Shown here: piece after piece, positions 1 through 10,033 of the stretch
How positions within the stretch are numbered: position 1 is the stretch's first letter
Layout of the letters: every line of letters begins with the position of its first letter
Source of the DNA: Planctomycetota bacterium
GTDB lineage: Bacteria; Planctomycetota; B15-G4
Length of the DNA stretch: 64,000 bases
Direction: 5' to 3'
NCBI GenBank assembly: GCA_965248575.1
Contig: CBDFJQ010000002.1
Span: 864,001 to 928,000 of the forward strand
Notes under the pieces: model-generated
The model's input: only the letters and a program-made list of their open reading frames with translations
Told to the model about the DNA's origin: nothing
Database searches by the model: none
Translations under genes and position numbers: made by a program

Positions 1-344
1 ATGACGATTCGGAAGTCGAGGCGTCCCACCCGGGAAATAGCGCTCTTGATGCTCTCGGCCTCATCCTTGGATGAGCCCGGCAACTCGATCACGATCTCGT
101 TGTCACCCTGGCGGGTGATGGCGGACTCCTTGATGCCGTAGGTGTTGATGCGGTCGCGAAGCGTGTCTGCCGTCGCGTCCATCATCGCAGGCAGGTCTTC
201 GGGGAGCACGCCCTCTGGCGGCTCCAGCTCGTAACGCATGGTCACGCCGCCCTGCAGATCCAAGCCCAGAACCAAGGGCTTGCTCAGGATGCCGTAAGCG
301 GCGAGCGCAAGAGAAAGGACGATCCAGGTCAGCCTACTGGCCAC
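1..344 (-). CDS. secD: Protein translocase subunit SecD (or SecDF), N-terminal part; runs off the window edge
   Basis: Manual translation from GTG at 344: MASRLTWIVLSLALAAYGILSKPLVLGLDLQGGVTMRYEL...TLRDRINTYGIKESAITRQGDNEIVIELPG...VGRLDFRIV. Contains the SecD LGLDLQGG motif after TM1. Confidence 0.93.
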   Translation of the reverse strand, partial: MASRLTWIVLSLALAAYGILSKPLVLGLDLQGGVTMRYELEPPEGVLPEDLPAMMDATADTLRDRINTYGIKESAITRQGDNEIVIELPGSSKDEAESIKSAISRVGRLDFRIV

Positions 345-475
345 GGTGTTGCTCCCGCGAAATGGGCGGTGGGGCGCGCTACGAAAAGAAGGCTCGGCTG
401 CCTAGCCCGCGATCATCCGATGCATGGACGATGCGCGGCCGAACAGCCTCGCCGAACAATGGGGTGGAACGAGAA

Positions 476-889
476 CTACTCGGACTTGGCCGACTTGGCC
501 TTCTTGTCGCCCTTGCGAACGCTGCGCTCCTTGATACGAGCCGCCTTGCCGCTCTTCTGGCGCAGGTCGTAGAGCTTGGCGCGACGCACATCGCCGTGGC
601 GGATGATCTTGACGTCGGTCACCAGGGGCGAGTGGAGGGGGAAGACGCGCTCGACACCCTCGCCCTGCACCACGCGGCGCACGGTGAAGGAGCGGCCCAG
701 GCCGCTGCCGCCCATGGCAATGACGTCGCCGATGAAGTTCTGGATGCGCTGGCGGTCTTCCTGCTTCTTGGCGCCCTTGGGGGCTGCCTCGCGGATGAGC
801 ACGCCCACCGACACGTGGTCTCCCACCTTGAACTCGGGGAGTTCGGACTTGCCGAGGGTCTCTTCAACGGAATCGAGCTTGGTGCTCAT
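476..889 (-). CDS. rplS: 50S ribosomal protein L19
   Basis: LPEFKVGDHVSV, RIQNFIGDVI, FTVRRVVQGEGVERVFPLHSP and VRRAKLYDLR motifs; directly downstream of trmD. Confidence 0.97.
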   Translation of the reverse strand: MSTKLDSVEETLGKSELPEFKVGDHVSVGVLIREAAPKGAKKQEDRQRIQNFIGDVIAMGGSGLGRSFTVRRVVQGEGVERVFPLHSPLVTDVKIIRHGDVRRAKLYDLRQKSGKAARIKERSVRKGDKKAKSAKSE

Positions 890-906
890 CTCTCTGCCTT
901 TACCTT

Positions 907-1638
907 TCAGGAAGGGGCCCGCAAGCGGGTCCCGTCGTCGTGTGCCCTGTTGAAGCGCTCGGCCCAGACGGCCGTTCGCGCATCAGACTGGCTGCGACGC
1001 CAGCGGGCAATGCGTTCGTGATCCCCACTCAGCAGGACGTCCGGCACTTGCCGGCCGCGAAAGCTGGGGGGGCGTGTGTAATGCGGATGATCGAGGCGGT
1101 CTTCCACGAAGGAATCCTGCACCGCCGATTGTTCGTCGCCCAGCACGCCGGGCAACAGGCGCGCAGCGGATTCGATGGCAGCCATGGCTGCGAGTTCGCC
1201 GCCTGACATGACGAACGGCCCCAAGGACAGTTCGAGCCAGTTGAAGCCCTCGTGGATGCGTTCGTCGAAACCCTCGTAGCGGCCACACAGCATGAGCGAC
1301 TCGGGCTGGTGGCTGAGCCATTCCGCGCGCCGCTGGCCCAGGGGCTCACCCGTCGGCGTGAAGAGGATCAGCGGCATCGACGGGCTCTCGCTCTTGGCGA
1401 GCACGTCCTCGATGGCGTCAAAGACCGGTTCGGGTTTGAGCACCATGCCGGGGCCGCCACCGTAGGGGCGACCGTCCACGGTGCGGTGCCGATCCGTCGC
1501 GTAGTCCCGGAAGTCCACGGTCTCCACCTCCAGCGCACCCTTCTCCCGGGCGATGCCCACGATGCTCTCTTCGAGGAAGGCCTCGAACAGGCGGGGAAAG
1601 AGGCTGAGGATGTGGACCTTCACGTGGACGGTGTCCAC
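907..1638 (-). CDS. trmD: tRNA (guanine-N1)-methyltransferase
   Basis: VDGRPYGGGPGMV, LCGRYEGFDERI, SGGELAA, HYTRPP and VPDVLLSGDH motifs. The start may be the GTG at 1623. Confidence 0.97.
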   Translation of the reverse strand: MDTVHVKVHILSLFPRLFEAFLEESIVGIAREKGALEVETVDFRDYATDRHRTVDGRPYGGGPGMVLKPEPVFDAIEDVLAKSESPSMPLILFTPTGEPLGQRRAEWLSHQPESLMLCGRYEGFDERIHEGFNWLELSLGPFVMSGGELAAMAAIESAARLLPGVLGDEQSAVQDSFVEDRLDHPHYTRPPSFRGRQVPDVLLSGDHERIARWRRSQSDARTAVWAERFNRAHDDGTRLRAPS

Positions 1639-1793
1639 CGGCGAGACCGGTGCTCTGGATTAGGGAGGAAGCGGGGACCGAGACGAGCGGGAGCCCAGGG
1701 GTCCAAGCACCCATGAGCGCGGGGATCCGAGGCGAAGGCTTTGCGCCTGCCTCTCCCGAACTCGTGGTCTTAAACCCTTGGGCGAAACCCGCT

Positions 1794-1821
1794 AGTGTAG
1801 ATCCGCTCGGGCTCGGGTCAA
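1794..1821 (-). promoter_or_regulatory. Putative sigma70-type promoter for trmD-rplS-secD
   Basis: Minus strand TTGACC (1821-1816), 16-nt spacer, TACACT (1799-1794). Confidence 0.55.
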
Positions 1822-1867
1822 GGCCGCGTCAGCCCCTTCGATCCAGCTCGATTCAGGAGACCGTCCC

Positions 1868-2584
1868 ATGTTCACCGGCATCGTGGAAGCAGCCTGCCCT
1901 CTGCTGGTGGCCCGCGAGCACGAAGGGGGGCGCCGCCTGGTCATCGACCTCGGTCCGCTGCGGGCCCTGGCTGCCGACCCCATTGCCGACCCCATTGCCG
2001 ACCTGGATCCAGGCGTGAAGGGGGCCGGTGAGGCTCCCGAGCCCGGTTTGCCTGGCCCTCAGGGGCCTTTGGTGGGCTTGGGAGACAGTGTGGCCGTGAA
2101 TGGGGTGTGTCTGACGGTCGCCGCCCTCGACGGGGACGAGGCGGCCTTCGATGTGGTGCCGGAGAGTCTCAGCCGGACCAATCTGGGCCGGACGCTGCCC
2201 CAGAGCAGCGTGAATGTGGAACGGGCCATGCGTTTCGGGGCCAGGGTGGATGGGCACCTCGTGCAGGGCCATGTGGAGAGCTGTGCACCCCTCTCGGCCC
2301 GTGAGTCGCTGCCCGGGGAACTGCGCCTCACGGTTGGCTGCGGGCCGGATTTCATCAGTCGCTGCCTGCCCAAGGGCTCTGTGACCGTCAACGGCGTGAG
2401 CCTGACCGTGGCCGAGTTGCACTCCGACGCCTTCGTGGTGGCCCTGGTGCCGCACACCCTGGAGCGCACCACCTTGGGAGATCTGGCGCTCGGAGATTTC
2501 GTCAATCTGGAGCCGGACATGATCGGCCAGTGGGTCCTGCGGGCCGTGGCCAACATGCACGGAGGCACGGGTGGCCCGTCTTGA
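1868..2584 (+). CDS. ribE: Riboflavin synthase (alpha chain)
   Basis: N-terminal MFTGIVE, GDSVAVNGVCLTV, VNVERAM, GHLVQGHV, GSVTVNGVSLTV and VNLEPDMIG; SD AGGAG upstream. Confidence 0.95.
   Translation: MFTGIVEAACPLLVAREHEGGRRLVIDLGPLRALAADPIADPIADLDPGVKGAGEAPEPGLPGPQGPLVGLGDSVAVNGVCLTVAALDGDEAAFDVVPESLSRTNLGRTLPQSSVNVERAMRFGARVDGHLVQGHVESCAPLSARESLPGELRLTVGCGPDFISRCLPKGSVTVNGVSLTVAELHSDAFVVALVPHTLERTTLGDLALGDFVNLEPDMIGQWVLRAVANMHGGTGGPS
1973..2003 (+). repeat. 12-bp tandem repeat (GCCGACCCCATT x2.6) inside riboflavin synthase
   Basis: Direct reading; encodes ADPI-ADPI-AD. Confidence 0.85.
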
Positions 2585-2623
2585 GCCGGCAGATTCCTGA
2601 CCTCGACCGGGCTTAGGCGCGGC

Positions 2624-3505
2624 CTAGAACGTCTTCTTCAGGCCTGTGTCGAGGCTCACGGGATCGTAGGAGAGGTCCTGGCGCGCCTCTTCGGTGTCCA
2701 CCACGTGGTCCATGAGGTGGAAGGAGAGCACCGACTTGGCCCTCGGCTTCCCCAGCATGGACAGCACGCTAGCCGCGAGATTCATGAGGCCCAAGGGCAG
2801 GGATCGGATGGCCGCCTGACCACCGCTGGCGTCCCGCACGGCCTCGCGGTAGTGCCGCACGCTCACGGCTTCTGGGCCGCCCAGCCGGTAGGTCCGGCTG
2901 ACGAGTTTGCTGCGCTCCGCCGCCACAACACAGGCCAGAGCCACGTCTTCCACGTGGACGGGCTGGATCAGCACACGACCGCCGCCGGGCAGCCACTGAG
3001 TGCCGTGGGCCATGCGCGCCACGAGTTCGGGTGTGTTGGTCTTGTCGCCCTTGCCGTAGATGAGTGCGGGGCGCAATACCACGTGGGACAGGCCCGACGC
3101 CCTGACGACCTCTTCCGCCGCGAGCTTGCTCTCGCTGTAGTCCGTGGGGGGGACGTCCTCCACGGAGAATGTGGAGACGTGCACCATGCGCGGGGCTGGC
3201 TGGAGGCCCGCGAGGGCGGCGCAAAGGGCGGCCGTCCCCTCGATGTTGACCGAGTTCAGCTTGGGGTCGTGGTCGACCACGATGGCGGCGGCATGCACCA
3301 CAGCCTCCGGATCGATCTCACGCAGCGCTGCGGCCAGGGGCCCGGGTCGGGTGAGGTCCCCTTCCTGAATTTCTGCCCCAGACGGGACGCCCCGGGCACG
3401 TTCTGGGTGGCGACTGAGGACGACGACCTCGTGACCGCGCTCCAGAGCGATGGCCGCCACGTGGCGCCCCAGGAATCCCGCACCGCCGGTCACCAGAAGC
3501 TTCAC
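2624..3505 (-). CDS. NAD-dependent epimerase/dehydratase (atypical SDR)
   Basis: LVTGGAGFLG Rossmann motif, VHAAA, YSESK (YxxxK) and LRPALIYG. Start set at GTG 3505; the longer track ORF overlaps the opposite-strand gene. Confidence 0.85.
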   Translation of the reverse strand: MKLLVTGGAGFLGRHVAAIALERGHEVVVLSRHPERARGVPSGAEIQEGDLTRPGPLAAALREIDPEAVVHAAAIVVDHDPKLNSVNIEGTAALCAALAGLQPAPRMVHVSTFSVEDVPPTDYSESKLAAEEVVRASGLSHVVLRPALIYGKGDKTNTPELVARMAHGTQWLPGGGRVLIQPVHVEDVALACVVAAERSKLVSRTYRLGGPEAVSVRHYREAVRDASGGQAAIRSLPLGLMNLAASVLSMLGKPRAKSVLSFHLMDHVVDTEEARQDLSYDPVSLDTGLKKTF

Positions 3506-3674
3506 GCGTGGGTTGGTCCGCAAGGGGAATGGGAGGCGTGGCTTGGAAGCCCACCAGGGCACTGCTAGCCTCCCTGTGGCGCCCAACTTAGGCGACGCGG
3601 GGCTGGAATCCCACCGCGCGGCTGGGACGGTGGGCCCGTCCTCCTCCGACCGACCCTCTGGAGCCCGACTGCTC

Positions 3675-4892
3675 GTGCGCGTGCTGCAGGTGATGGAGTG
3701 CACCATCGGTGGAACCCGACGCCACCTGCGAGATCTCAGCCTCGGTCTCCTGGAGCGCGGGGTCGAGCTGGAGGTGGTCTGCGCGGCTTTGCGGGAGCCT
3801 GACATGCGCCGCGACATGGAGCTCATGCGCGAGCGCGGCGCCCGTGTGCACGAGTTGCCAATGATCCGCCCCATCAGTCCGCTTCGAGACGCGTGGCACG
3901 CCCTGCGGCTTGCAGCCATCGCCTGGGATCGCGGCTTCGACGTCATCCACAGCCACTCCAGCAAGGCGGGCGCCTTGGCCCGCAGCGTCGGGCTGCTGGG
4001 CTCGAGTGCCGTACGCATCCACACGCCTCACACCTATGCGGCCTCCTTTGAGGGCGGCAAGGGGCAAGGCGGAGAGGCGCCGGGGAACCTGGCGCTGATC
4101 CTCGCGACGGAACGTCTGCTCGGAAAGGCCACGCACCGGCTCGTGCACGTGAGCGCGGACGAGCGGGACGAGGGCCAGCAGCTGGGCGTGATTCCAGCTC
4201 GCCGGGCGCGGGTGGTTCCCAATGGAATCCGGCCGAAGGACTTCGCGTCCCCGCGAGGGGGGGCAGCCCTGCGAGCTGAACTGGGCATCCCGCGGGCAGC
4301 ACCGCTGGTGGGAACCGTCGGGCTGCTGAACGATGCCAAGGGTCACGACAGCTTGTTGCGCGCCGTGGCCACGCTGGACGAACGCGTGCATCTGCTCTTG
4401 GTGGGCCACGGAGAACTGGAACCCCAGCTCCGCGCCCTGGCAGAACAGCTCGGGTTGCAGGCGCGCGTGCACTTCGCTGGATGGCGTGACGAGGTGCACT
4501 CGGCCCATGACGCCATGGACGTGTTCGTGCTGTCCTCGCGCTGGGAGGGCCTGAGCTACGCCCTTCTGGAAGCCGTAGCGGCCGGCGTGCCGGCCGTCTC
4601 CACGGCCGTCAATGGGAGCCGCGACGTGTTGGACCCTGAGGGGCAGTCGCCCTGCGGGCTGGTGGTCCCCTGTGAAGACACAGCGGCTTTGGCAGAAGCC
4701 ATGGGGCGGCTGCTCGCAGACTCAGCGGATGCGCAACAGTTGGCGCGCCGACTGTCGGCGGCTGGCCCCGCCCGGGTCGGGTCGCACTTCAGTCTCGACT
4801 CGATGGTGGAGCAGACCCTGGGCGTGTATCGAGAGGCCCTGGGTTGGTCCGCAGCGACGAGCACAGGAATGCATCCCGGGAGCAGCTCGTGA
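3675..4892 (+). CDS. Glycosyltransferase family 4
   Basis: IHSHSSKAG, VVPNGI, VGLLNDAKG and DVFVLSSRWEGLSYALLEAVAAGVP (EX7E). Start at GTG 3675 is inferred. Confidence 0.9.
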   Translation: MRVLQVMECTIGGTRRHLRDLSLGLLERGVELEVVCAALREPDMRRDMELMRERGARVHELPMIRPISPLRDAWHALRLAAIAWDRGFDVIHSHSSKAGALARSVGLLGSSAVRIHTPHTYAASFEGGKGQGGEAPGNLALILATERLLGKATHRLVHVSADERDEGQQLGVIPARRARVVPNGIRPKDFASPRGGAALRAELGIPRAAPLVGTVGLLNDAKGHDSLLRAVATLDERVHLLLVGHGELEPQLRALAEQLGLQARVHFAGWRDEVHSAHDAMDVFVLSSRWEGLSYALLEAVAAGVPAVSTAVNGSRDVLDPEGQSPCGLVVPCEDTAALAEAMGRLLADSADAQQLARRLSAAGPARVGSHFSLDSMVEQTLGVYREALGWSAATSTGMHPGSSS

Positions 4893-6025
4893 GGATCGTG
4901 CACTTCATCACCACCTTGGGCGTGGGCGGTGCCGAGAAGCACCTGTTGTGGTTGGGTGCGGGCCAGTTGGCTGCGGGCCACGAGGTGTCGGTGGCCTGGC
5001 TGAAGGGCGAGGGAGAATTGCAGGGCGACTTCGAGGCGGCCGGCATGTCGGCCCAGAAGATCCCCTTCGAGTCAGCGGGGCAACTGCCGGCAGCCCTGGG
5101 AGCCCTTGAAGCCCACCTGCGCCAGCTGGCCCCGGACGTCTTGCACACGCACTTGCTCAAGGCGGATTCGCTCGGCGCCTGGGTCGGACATCGCGCGGGT
5201 GTTCCTGTCGTGGTGTCCAGCAAGCACAACGACGAGCGGGCCCTGCTGCGTCGCTCGGTGGGCTTCGTGCACGGCATTCTGTGTCGACGGGTGGATCGCA
5301 TCATCGCCCTCTCGGACCATGTGGCTCGCTTCGTTGCGCAGCACGGGCGCGTCCCGCGCGAGGCCATCACGCGGATCTACTACGGAGTGGATGCGGACAC
5401 CCTGGGCGCGTCACGGCCATCAGAAGACGTGCGTCGTGAAACGCGCGCGGCGCTGGGACTGCAGGCTGGGACGCCGACCCTGATCTGTGTTGGGCGTCTC
5501 GCGCAGCAAAAGGACCACCCCACCTTGTTGCGCAGCCTCGCCCTGTTGCCGCCGGAGGTCGTCTTGCTGATCGTGGGCGGCGATCCCTTCGGGGACGGGC
5601 GCGAGCGCCTGGAGGCCGCTGCTCAGCAGCTGGGGCTTGAGAACCAGGCTCGTTTCCTGGGCATCCGCCACGACGTGCAGGACCTGCTCATGGCGAGCGA
5701 TCTCTTCGTCCTGCCCTCGCTTTGGGAAGGCCTGGGTCTCGTGTTCCTGGAAGCCATGGCCGTGCGCCTGCCCATCGTCGCCAGCAATGTGTCCGCCATC
5801 CCGGAAGTCATCGAGGACGGCGTGTCGGGCTGGCTCGTGCCCCCGGGCGACCCGGAGGCGCTCGCGGCGGCCATCCAGGAAGGGCTCGCGGACGAGGCGG
5901 GGCGGCTGGCGCGGGGGCTCGCCGGCCAGATGCGGCTGCTCGAGCGTTTCGCCCTTCCACCGATGATCCAACAGACCCTGGCGCTGTATGCCGAAGCGCT
6001 GACTGAGAAAGGGCGAACGCCGTGA
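4889..6025 (+). CDS. Glycosyltransferase family 4
   Basis: GVGGAEKHL, VGRLAQQKDH and DLFVLPSLWEGLGLVFLEAMA; GTGA overlap with the previous stop. Confidence 0.9.
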   Translation: MRIVHFITTLGVGGAEKHLLWLGAGQLAAGHEVSVAWLKGEGELQGDFEAAGMSAQKIPFESAGQLPAALGALEAHLRQLAPDVLHTHLLKADSLGAWVGHRAGVPVVVSSKHNDERALLRRSVGFVHGILCRRVDRIIALSDHVARFVAQHGRVPREAITRIYYGVDADTLGASRPSEDVRRETRAALGLQAGTPTLICVGRLAQQKDHPTLLRSLALLPPEVVLLIVGGDPFGDGRERLEAAAQQLGLENQARFLGIRHDVQDLLMASDLFVLPSLWEGLGLVFLEAMAVRLPIVASNVSAIPEVIEDGVSGWLVPPGDPEALAAAIQEGLADEAGRLARGLAGQMRLLERFALPPMIQQTLALYAEALTEKGRTP

Positions 6026-6507
6026 CCCAACTGCGCATCGTGACCACCGTCTGCACGGGCAACTTGTGTCGTTCGCCATTGGCTGAAGCCCTGCTGCGGA
6101 AGCACCTCGACAGGCTGGGCGTCGTGGACGTGATGGTCCAGAGCGCGGGCCTGGGCGCGACAGATGGGCAGCGCGCCATCGAGGCGAGCCGGCGAGCCGG
6201 CGCGGCACTGGGCGCGGAGCTCAACGCTCACCGGGCACAGGTGCTGGAGCGCCGGATCATCGACGAGAGCGAACTCGTCCTGTGCGCTTCGAGCGAGCAC
6301 ATCGAACAGATCCGACGGCGCTGGCCCGACATCAGCACCGAGAAGTTGAAACTCTTCGCCCAGATGCTGGAGGGGGAAGCGCCGGTCGACATCGAGGACC
6401 CCATCGGATTCGACGAGGCGATGTTCCACCTCATCGCGCGCGTGATCGACGGGGCCATGGAAGGCTGGGCTCGATCCCTCGTGCGGAATCCTTGGCTCGA
6501 TTCCTGA
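6022..6507 (+). CDS. Low-molecular-weight protein tyrosine/arginine phosphatase
   Basis: VCTGNLCRSPLAE P-loop, SAG and DIEDPIG motifs. Confidence 0.92.
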   Translation: MTQLRIVTTVCTGNLCRSPLAEALLRKHLDRLGVVDVMVQSAGLGATDGQRAIEASRRAGAALGAELNAHRAQVLERRIIDESELVLCASSEHIEQIRRRWPDISTEKLKLFAQMLEGEAPVDIEDPIGFDEAMFHLIARVIDGAMEGWARSLVRNPWLDS

Positions 6508-6541
6508 CGCGCTCACCTGGGCTCAAAATGGGCTCAAGTGT

Positions 6542-7564
6542 TCAAAGCCCTCCGTCCTCGGTGTGTACCAGGAAGAGGCACTCAGTGTTGCGTGTCCGTC
6601 CCACGGTGCCGACCTTCTTTCCATTGGGGTTGTGGATGCCGATGCGGGCGCCCACGTAGCGTGGATGTTCGATGTCGACGCGCTCCACGTGTCCTCGGGC
6701 GCTCAGGATGTCTTGGACGTCTCGGGTCGTGAGGGCGCCCTCGTCGTTGAAGGACATGAGGATCCAGCGCGCATCGACAACGGACACCAGCTCTTCCAGG
6801 GCACCTCGGATCTGACGCACGCTGTTCCACGGACTCTTGCGGGTCTTGCAGTCGATGCGCTTGTTGGCGATCCCATAGCCCTCCGGCTCATCCGCCAGAA
6901 GCAGGCTTTCCCAGACGTGATAGTTGCCGAGGTAGCTGTGCTGGTTGTAGGGCGGGTCCAGGTAGGCGAGATCGACTCGGCCTAGGTCCCGTGCGCAGTC
7001 AGCGGCGTCTTTGCGAGAGACGCTGCCCGGGCCGTCGATGAGTTCGGGAAGCTCCAGCTGCATGGGCTTGAGGGCGCGCGGCGCCCACTGCTTGAGGTAG
7101 GCCATCTGGACCCCGGTGGTCGAGTCCACCCGGTCGGCCGCCAACAAGAGCGATGCGAGCAACAGGCAGTGCAGGGGCTCATGCGGGAACTCAGCGTCGA
7201 TGCGTTTGCGGATGGCATCGATGCGCGCGCCATTGTCGGGGTGGATGTAGCGTGCCTGTTCGCAGAACGCGCGGGTGAAGTAGCCCGGCTCAGGGGGCGT
7301 GGCGTTGAGGTCCCGCAACACGGCTGTCAGTTCGAGCACGTTGACCTCGCGTGCATCGGTGGCGATGGCCGCTCGCCCCAGGACTTCGCCGTGCGCCAGG
7401 ACGTCGTTGGCGTGCACCCGGAGCCCGCGGCGCTTCAGCATGCGCGCGACGCGCGTGGTGCCCGTGAAGAGGTCAGCGGCCGTGCGAACGCCCTCCAAGC
7501 CTTCCACAAGCGCCTCGATATGAGGCAGCAGCAGTCGCTTGGAGCCGATGTACTTGATGGTCAC
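6542..7564 (-). CDS. Adenine-specific DNA methyltransferase (D12/FokI-like), apparently orphan
   Basis: IKYIGSKR, motif I DLFTGT and motif IV YLDPPYNQ. Start at GTG 7564 is inferred. Confidence 0.88.
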   Translation of the reverse strand: MTIKYIGSKRLLLPHIEALVEGLEGVRTAADLFTGTTRVARMLKRRGLRVHANDVLAHGEVLGRAAIATDAREVNVLELTAVLRDLNATPPEPGYFTRAFCEQARYIHPDNGARIDAIRKRIDAEFPHEPLHCLLLASLLLAADRVDSTTGVQMAYLKQWAPRALKPMQLELPELIDGPGSVSRKDAADCARDLGRVDLAYLDPPYNQHSYLGNYHVWESLLLADEPEGYGIANKRIDCKTRKSPWNSVRQIRGALEELVSVVDARWILMSFNDEGALTTRDVQDILSARGHVERVDIEHPRYVGARIGIHNPNGKKVGTVGRTRNTECLFLVHTEDGGL

Positions 7565-7715
7565 GGTGGTCGGCTGGGCTCTTGGCTGCAAGGAGGGCGA
7601 CGCTGCGGTTTGACGGAGGGCCTTCTACGCCGAGCGTGTGGTGGGCACGCGCTGAGGATACAAAGGGCGCCCCCTCAACGCGCCCAGACCGTCTTCGGAC
7701 TGCACCAGACCGCCC

Positions 7716-8630
7716 ATGACCCCAGCCACGCGCCGCATGCTGATCGGGGTCCAGTTGTGCTTTGGTGTCTTTCCATGGCTGGGCAAGCTTGCCATGGAGG
7801 GTTTCGAACCCCGGGCCGTGATGGTCTGGCGGCTGTTCGTGGGCGCCGCAGTGCTGATGATCGTGGCCTTGCGCGTTTACGGCCGTGCCGCCCTTCCGGG
7901 TCGCAGCGACCTGGCCCGTCTGTTCGGTCTCAGCCTGCTGGGTGTGACCATCAATCAGTCGCTCTTCCTGGAGGGGCTCTCACGCTCCACGGCCGTCAAT
8001 GCGGGCTTGCTCATGACGGTGATTCCGGTCGCGACGGTGGGTCTGGCGGCGCTCCTGAAGCAAGAGCACCCCACCCGTCGCCAGCTGCTCGGAATCGCGC
8101 TCTCGGTCAGCGGTGTGGCCTGGCTGTTCTTCCAGCAGGGGGCGCAGTTGGGCGCTGACACCCTGTGGGGCGACATCCTGATGACGGCCAACGCCCTCAG
8201 CTACTCCGCCTACCTCGTCTTCGCACGGCCCGTGGCGAGCCGCCTTCCACAACCGGTGGTCATCGCCTGGGTCTTCGTGTTTGGAGCGCTCACGGTTCCC
8301 TTCCTGGCCTGGGACGTGGCCTGGTTGCCCAGCGGCATCGAGCAGCCCCAGTGGCTCGCCCTGGGCGGGGTGCTCGTCTTCCCAACCATCCTGGCGTACC
8401 TGGGGAACATCGTCGTGCTCGGACGGGTGGGTGCCAATGTGACCGCTGCCTACGTGATGCTGCAGCCCGTCCTCGCCGCGCTGCTCGGCATCGGGCTGAT
8501 GGGGGAGCGCCCCAGCCCCAGCCTGCTGCTTACGGCGGTCGGGGTGTTGTCCGGGCTGTGGTTCGTGTCGACGCCAGGAAAGGGGGCGGGAAAGCCAGCG
8601 GCCCGCGAGCTGGCTCAGCGACCCAGGTAG
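7716..8630 (+). CDS. DMT/EamA family transporter
   Basis: About 10 hydrophobic segments in two repeats; STAVNAGLL, GDIL and LQPV..LL...GE patterns. Confidence 0.85.
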   Translation: MTPATRRMLIGVQLCFGVFPWLGKLAMEGFEPRAVMVWRLFVGAAVLMIVALRVYGRAALPGRSDLARLFGLSLLGVTINQSLFLEGLSRSTAVNAGLLMTVIPVATVGLAALLKQEHPTRRQLLGIALSVSGVAWLFFQQGAQLGADTLWGDILMTANALSYSAYLVFARPVASRLPQPVVIAWVFVFGALTVPFLAWDVAWLPSGIEQPQWLALGGVLVFPTILAYLGNIVVLGRVGANVTAAYVMLQPVLAALLGIGLMGERPSPSLLLTAVGVLSGLWFVSTPGKGAGKPAARELAQRPR

Positions 8631-10021
8631 CCCAGCTGGCGCATGCGTTCGCGGGTGGCCTCGTCCAACTCACCCTCGCCCGCCTGAGGCTTCAGACCCT
8701 GCGCCCGCAGCCTCTGGAGCGCCTGCATGAGCTGGGAGAGTTGCTCCCCCTCGAGCGCCTGGATGCGTTGCTCCGCAGGATCCTCCTGGAGCCGGTAGCT
8801 CTGCGGCCCGTCGGGCCCTTCGACGTCCCAGGGCAGGATCAGTTTCTCGCCCATGGATGTGCGCACCGCGCTGAACTGGTTCGTGTTCGAGACGACCCAG
8901 CGGCGCCCCACGGGAGTGCCACCGCGGGCAGCCGCCAACATGTCCGGTAACAGGCTGCGTCCATCCAAGGCAGCTCCGGAAGAGGGCAGCGGAGGCAGCT
9001 GCAGCAGGTCGAGCAGCGTCGGCACGATGTCGACGTTCTCGGTGGGCCCGTGCAACACGACTCCCTCGGGCACGCCCGGGCCGCTGAAGATCAGTGGCAC
9101 CCGGGTGAGCTCTTCATAGAGCAAGGTGTTGTGGGTGCGCTTGAAGGCCGTGAGCAGATCGCCTCGCCGGGAATCGTCCACGTCGAAGGCCAACTGGGCG
9201 ACGGGGTGCTGCCAAAGGCCTTCGCCATGGTCAGCGGCCACCACCAGCAAGGCGTTCTTCAGACGCCCCGCGCGGTGCAAGGCGCCCAGCACGTAGTCCA
9301 CCTTGGCGTCGGCCTGCAGGATGTCGCCGTCGTAGAGCGCGATCTGGCGCGAGATCTCGCGCGCTGCCTGCTCCACCAGCAGATCGATTTCGAGCGCGGG
9401 GCGACTTGGGTCGCGCTGGTGGAGATAGGCGCCGTAGGTCTCGCGCAGCTCGGGCGAGAGCGGCTCCGACTCGAACACGTCGAAGGCAGGCACCGGCTCC
9501 CAGGGGTCGTGCGGCCCGACGAAGTGGAAGTAGGCGAACAGCGGCCGGGGGTCGTCATTGTTCAGGACCGGCAGGATCAGCTGCGGCCCGGGCTCCATCT
9601 CGTAGACGTCGAAGCCCCGGTCATAGCCCGTGCCGGGCGCGAGCAGGATGTTGTCCTGGAAACCTGCGGTACGCCATCCGTTGGCCTGGAGGTGCTCGGC
9701 CAGGGTCGTGGCGGGGGGCATGCGCACGAAGTCCTCGGCGACATGTCGCGCCAGGAACATCGAGACCATGGAGGGGCCCGTCCACGACGACTGAGCCGTG
9801 ACGTCGTGCACGCGGGTGCCTCTCGCCGCCAAGGCGTCGAGGGTGGGTGTCGTCGGACGGTGGTAGCCGTAGCTCGACACGTGGTCTGCCCGGAGGGTGT
9901 CGAGCACGATCAGGATCACGTCGCGCTGGATGGGTTCGCGCGCCGGCTCTGGATCGGGTCCGCACGCGCTGCCCGTGCACAGGACCATGGCCGACAGGAA
10001 CATGCGGAAGTGGGGAGTCAT
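8615..10021 (-). CDS. Sulfatase-fold (alkaline phosphatase superfamily) lipoprotein
   Basis: Lipobox-like GSAC; ILIVLDTLRADH, SWTGPS, HFVGPHDP, ADHGE and C-terminal MRQLGY. Confidence 0.85.
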   Translation of the reverse strand: MTPHFRMFLSAMVLCTGSACGPDPEPAREPIQRDVILIVLDTLRADHVSSYGYHRPTTPTLDALAARGTRVHDVTAQSSWTGPSMVSMFLARHVAEDFVRMPPATTLAEHLQANGWRTAGFQDNILLAPGTGYDRGFDVYEMEPGPQLILPVLNNDDPRPLFAYFHFVGPHDPWEPVPAFDVFESEPLSPELRETYGAYLHQRDPSRPALEIDLLVEQAAREISRQIALYDGDILQADAKVDYVLGALHRAGRLKNALLVVAADHGEGLWQHPVAQLAFDVDDSRRGDLLTAFKRTHNTLLYEELTRVPLIFSGPGVPEGVVLHGPTENVDIVPTLLDLLQLPPLPSSGAALDGRSLLPDMLAAARGGTPVGRRWVVSNTNQFSAVRTSMGEKLILPWDVEGPDGPQSYRLQEDPAEQRIQALEGEQLSQLMQALQRLRAQGLKPQAGEGELDEATRERMRQLGYLGR

Positions 10022-10033
10022 GGCACCCACACG

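Noticed and set aside
1640..1867. FMN riboswitch upstream of riboflavin synthase
   Set aside because: RFN consensus segments are absent; the region is explained by divergent promoters.
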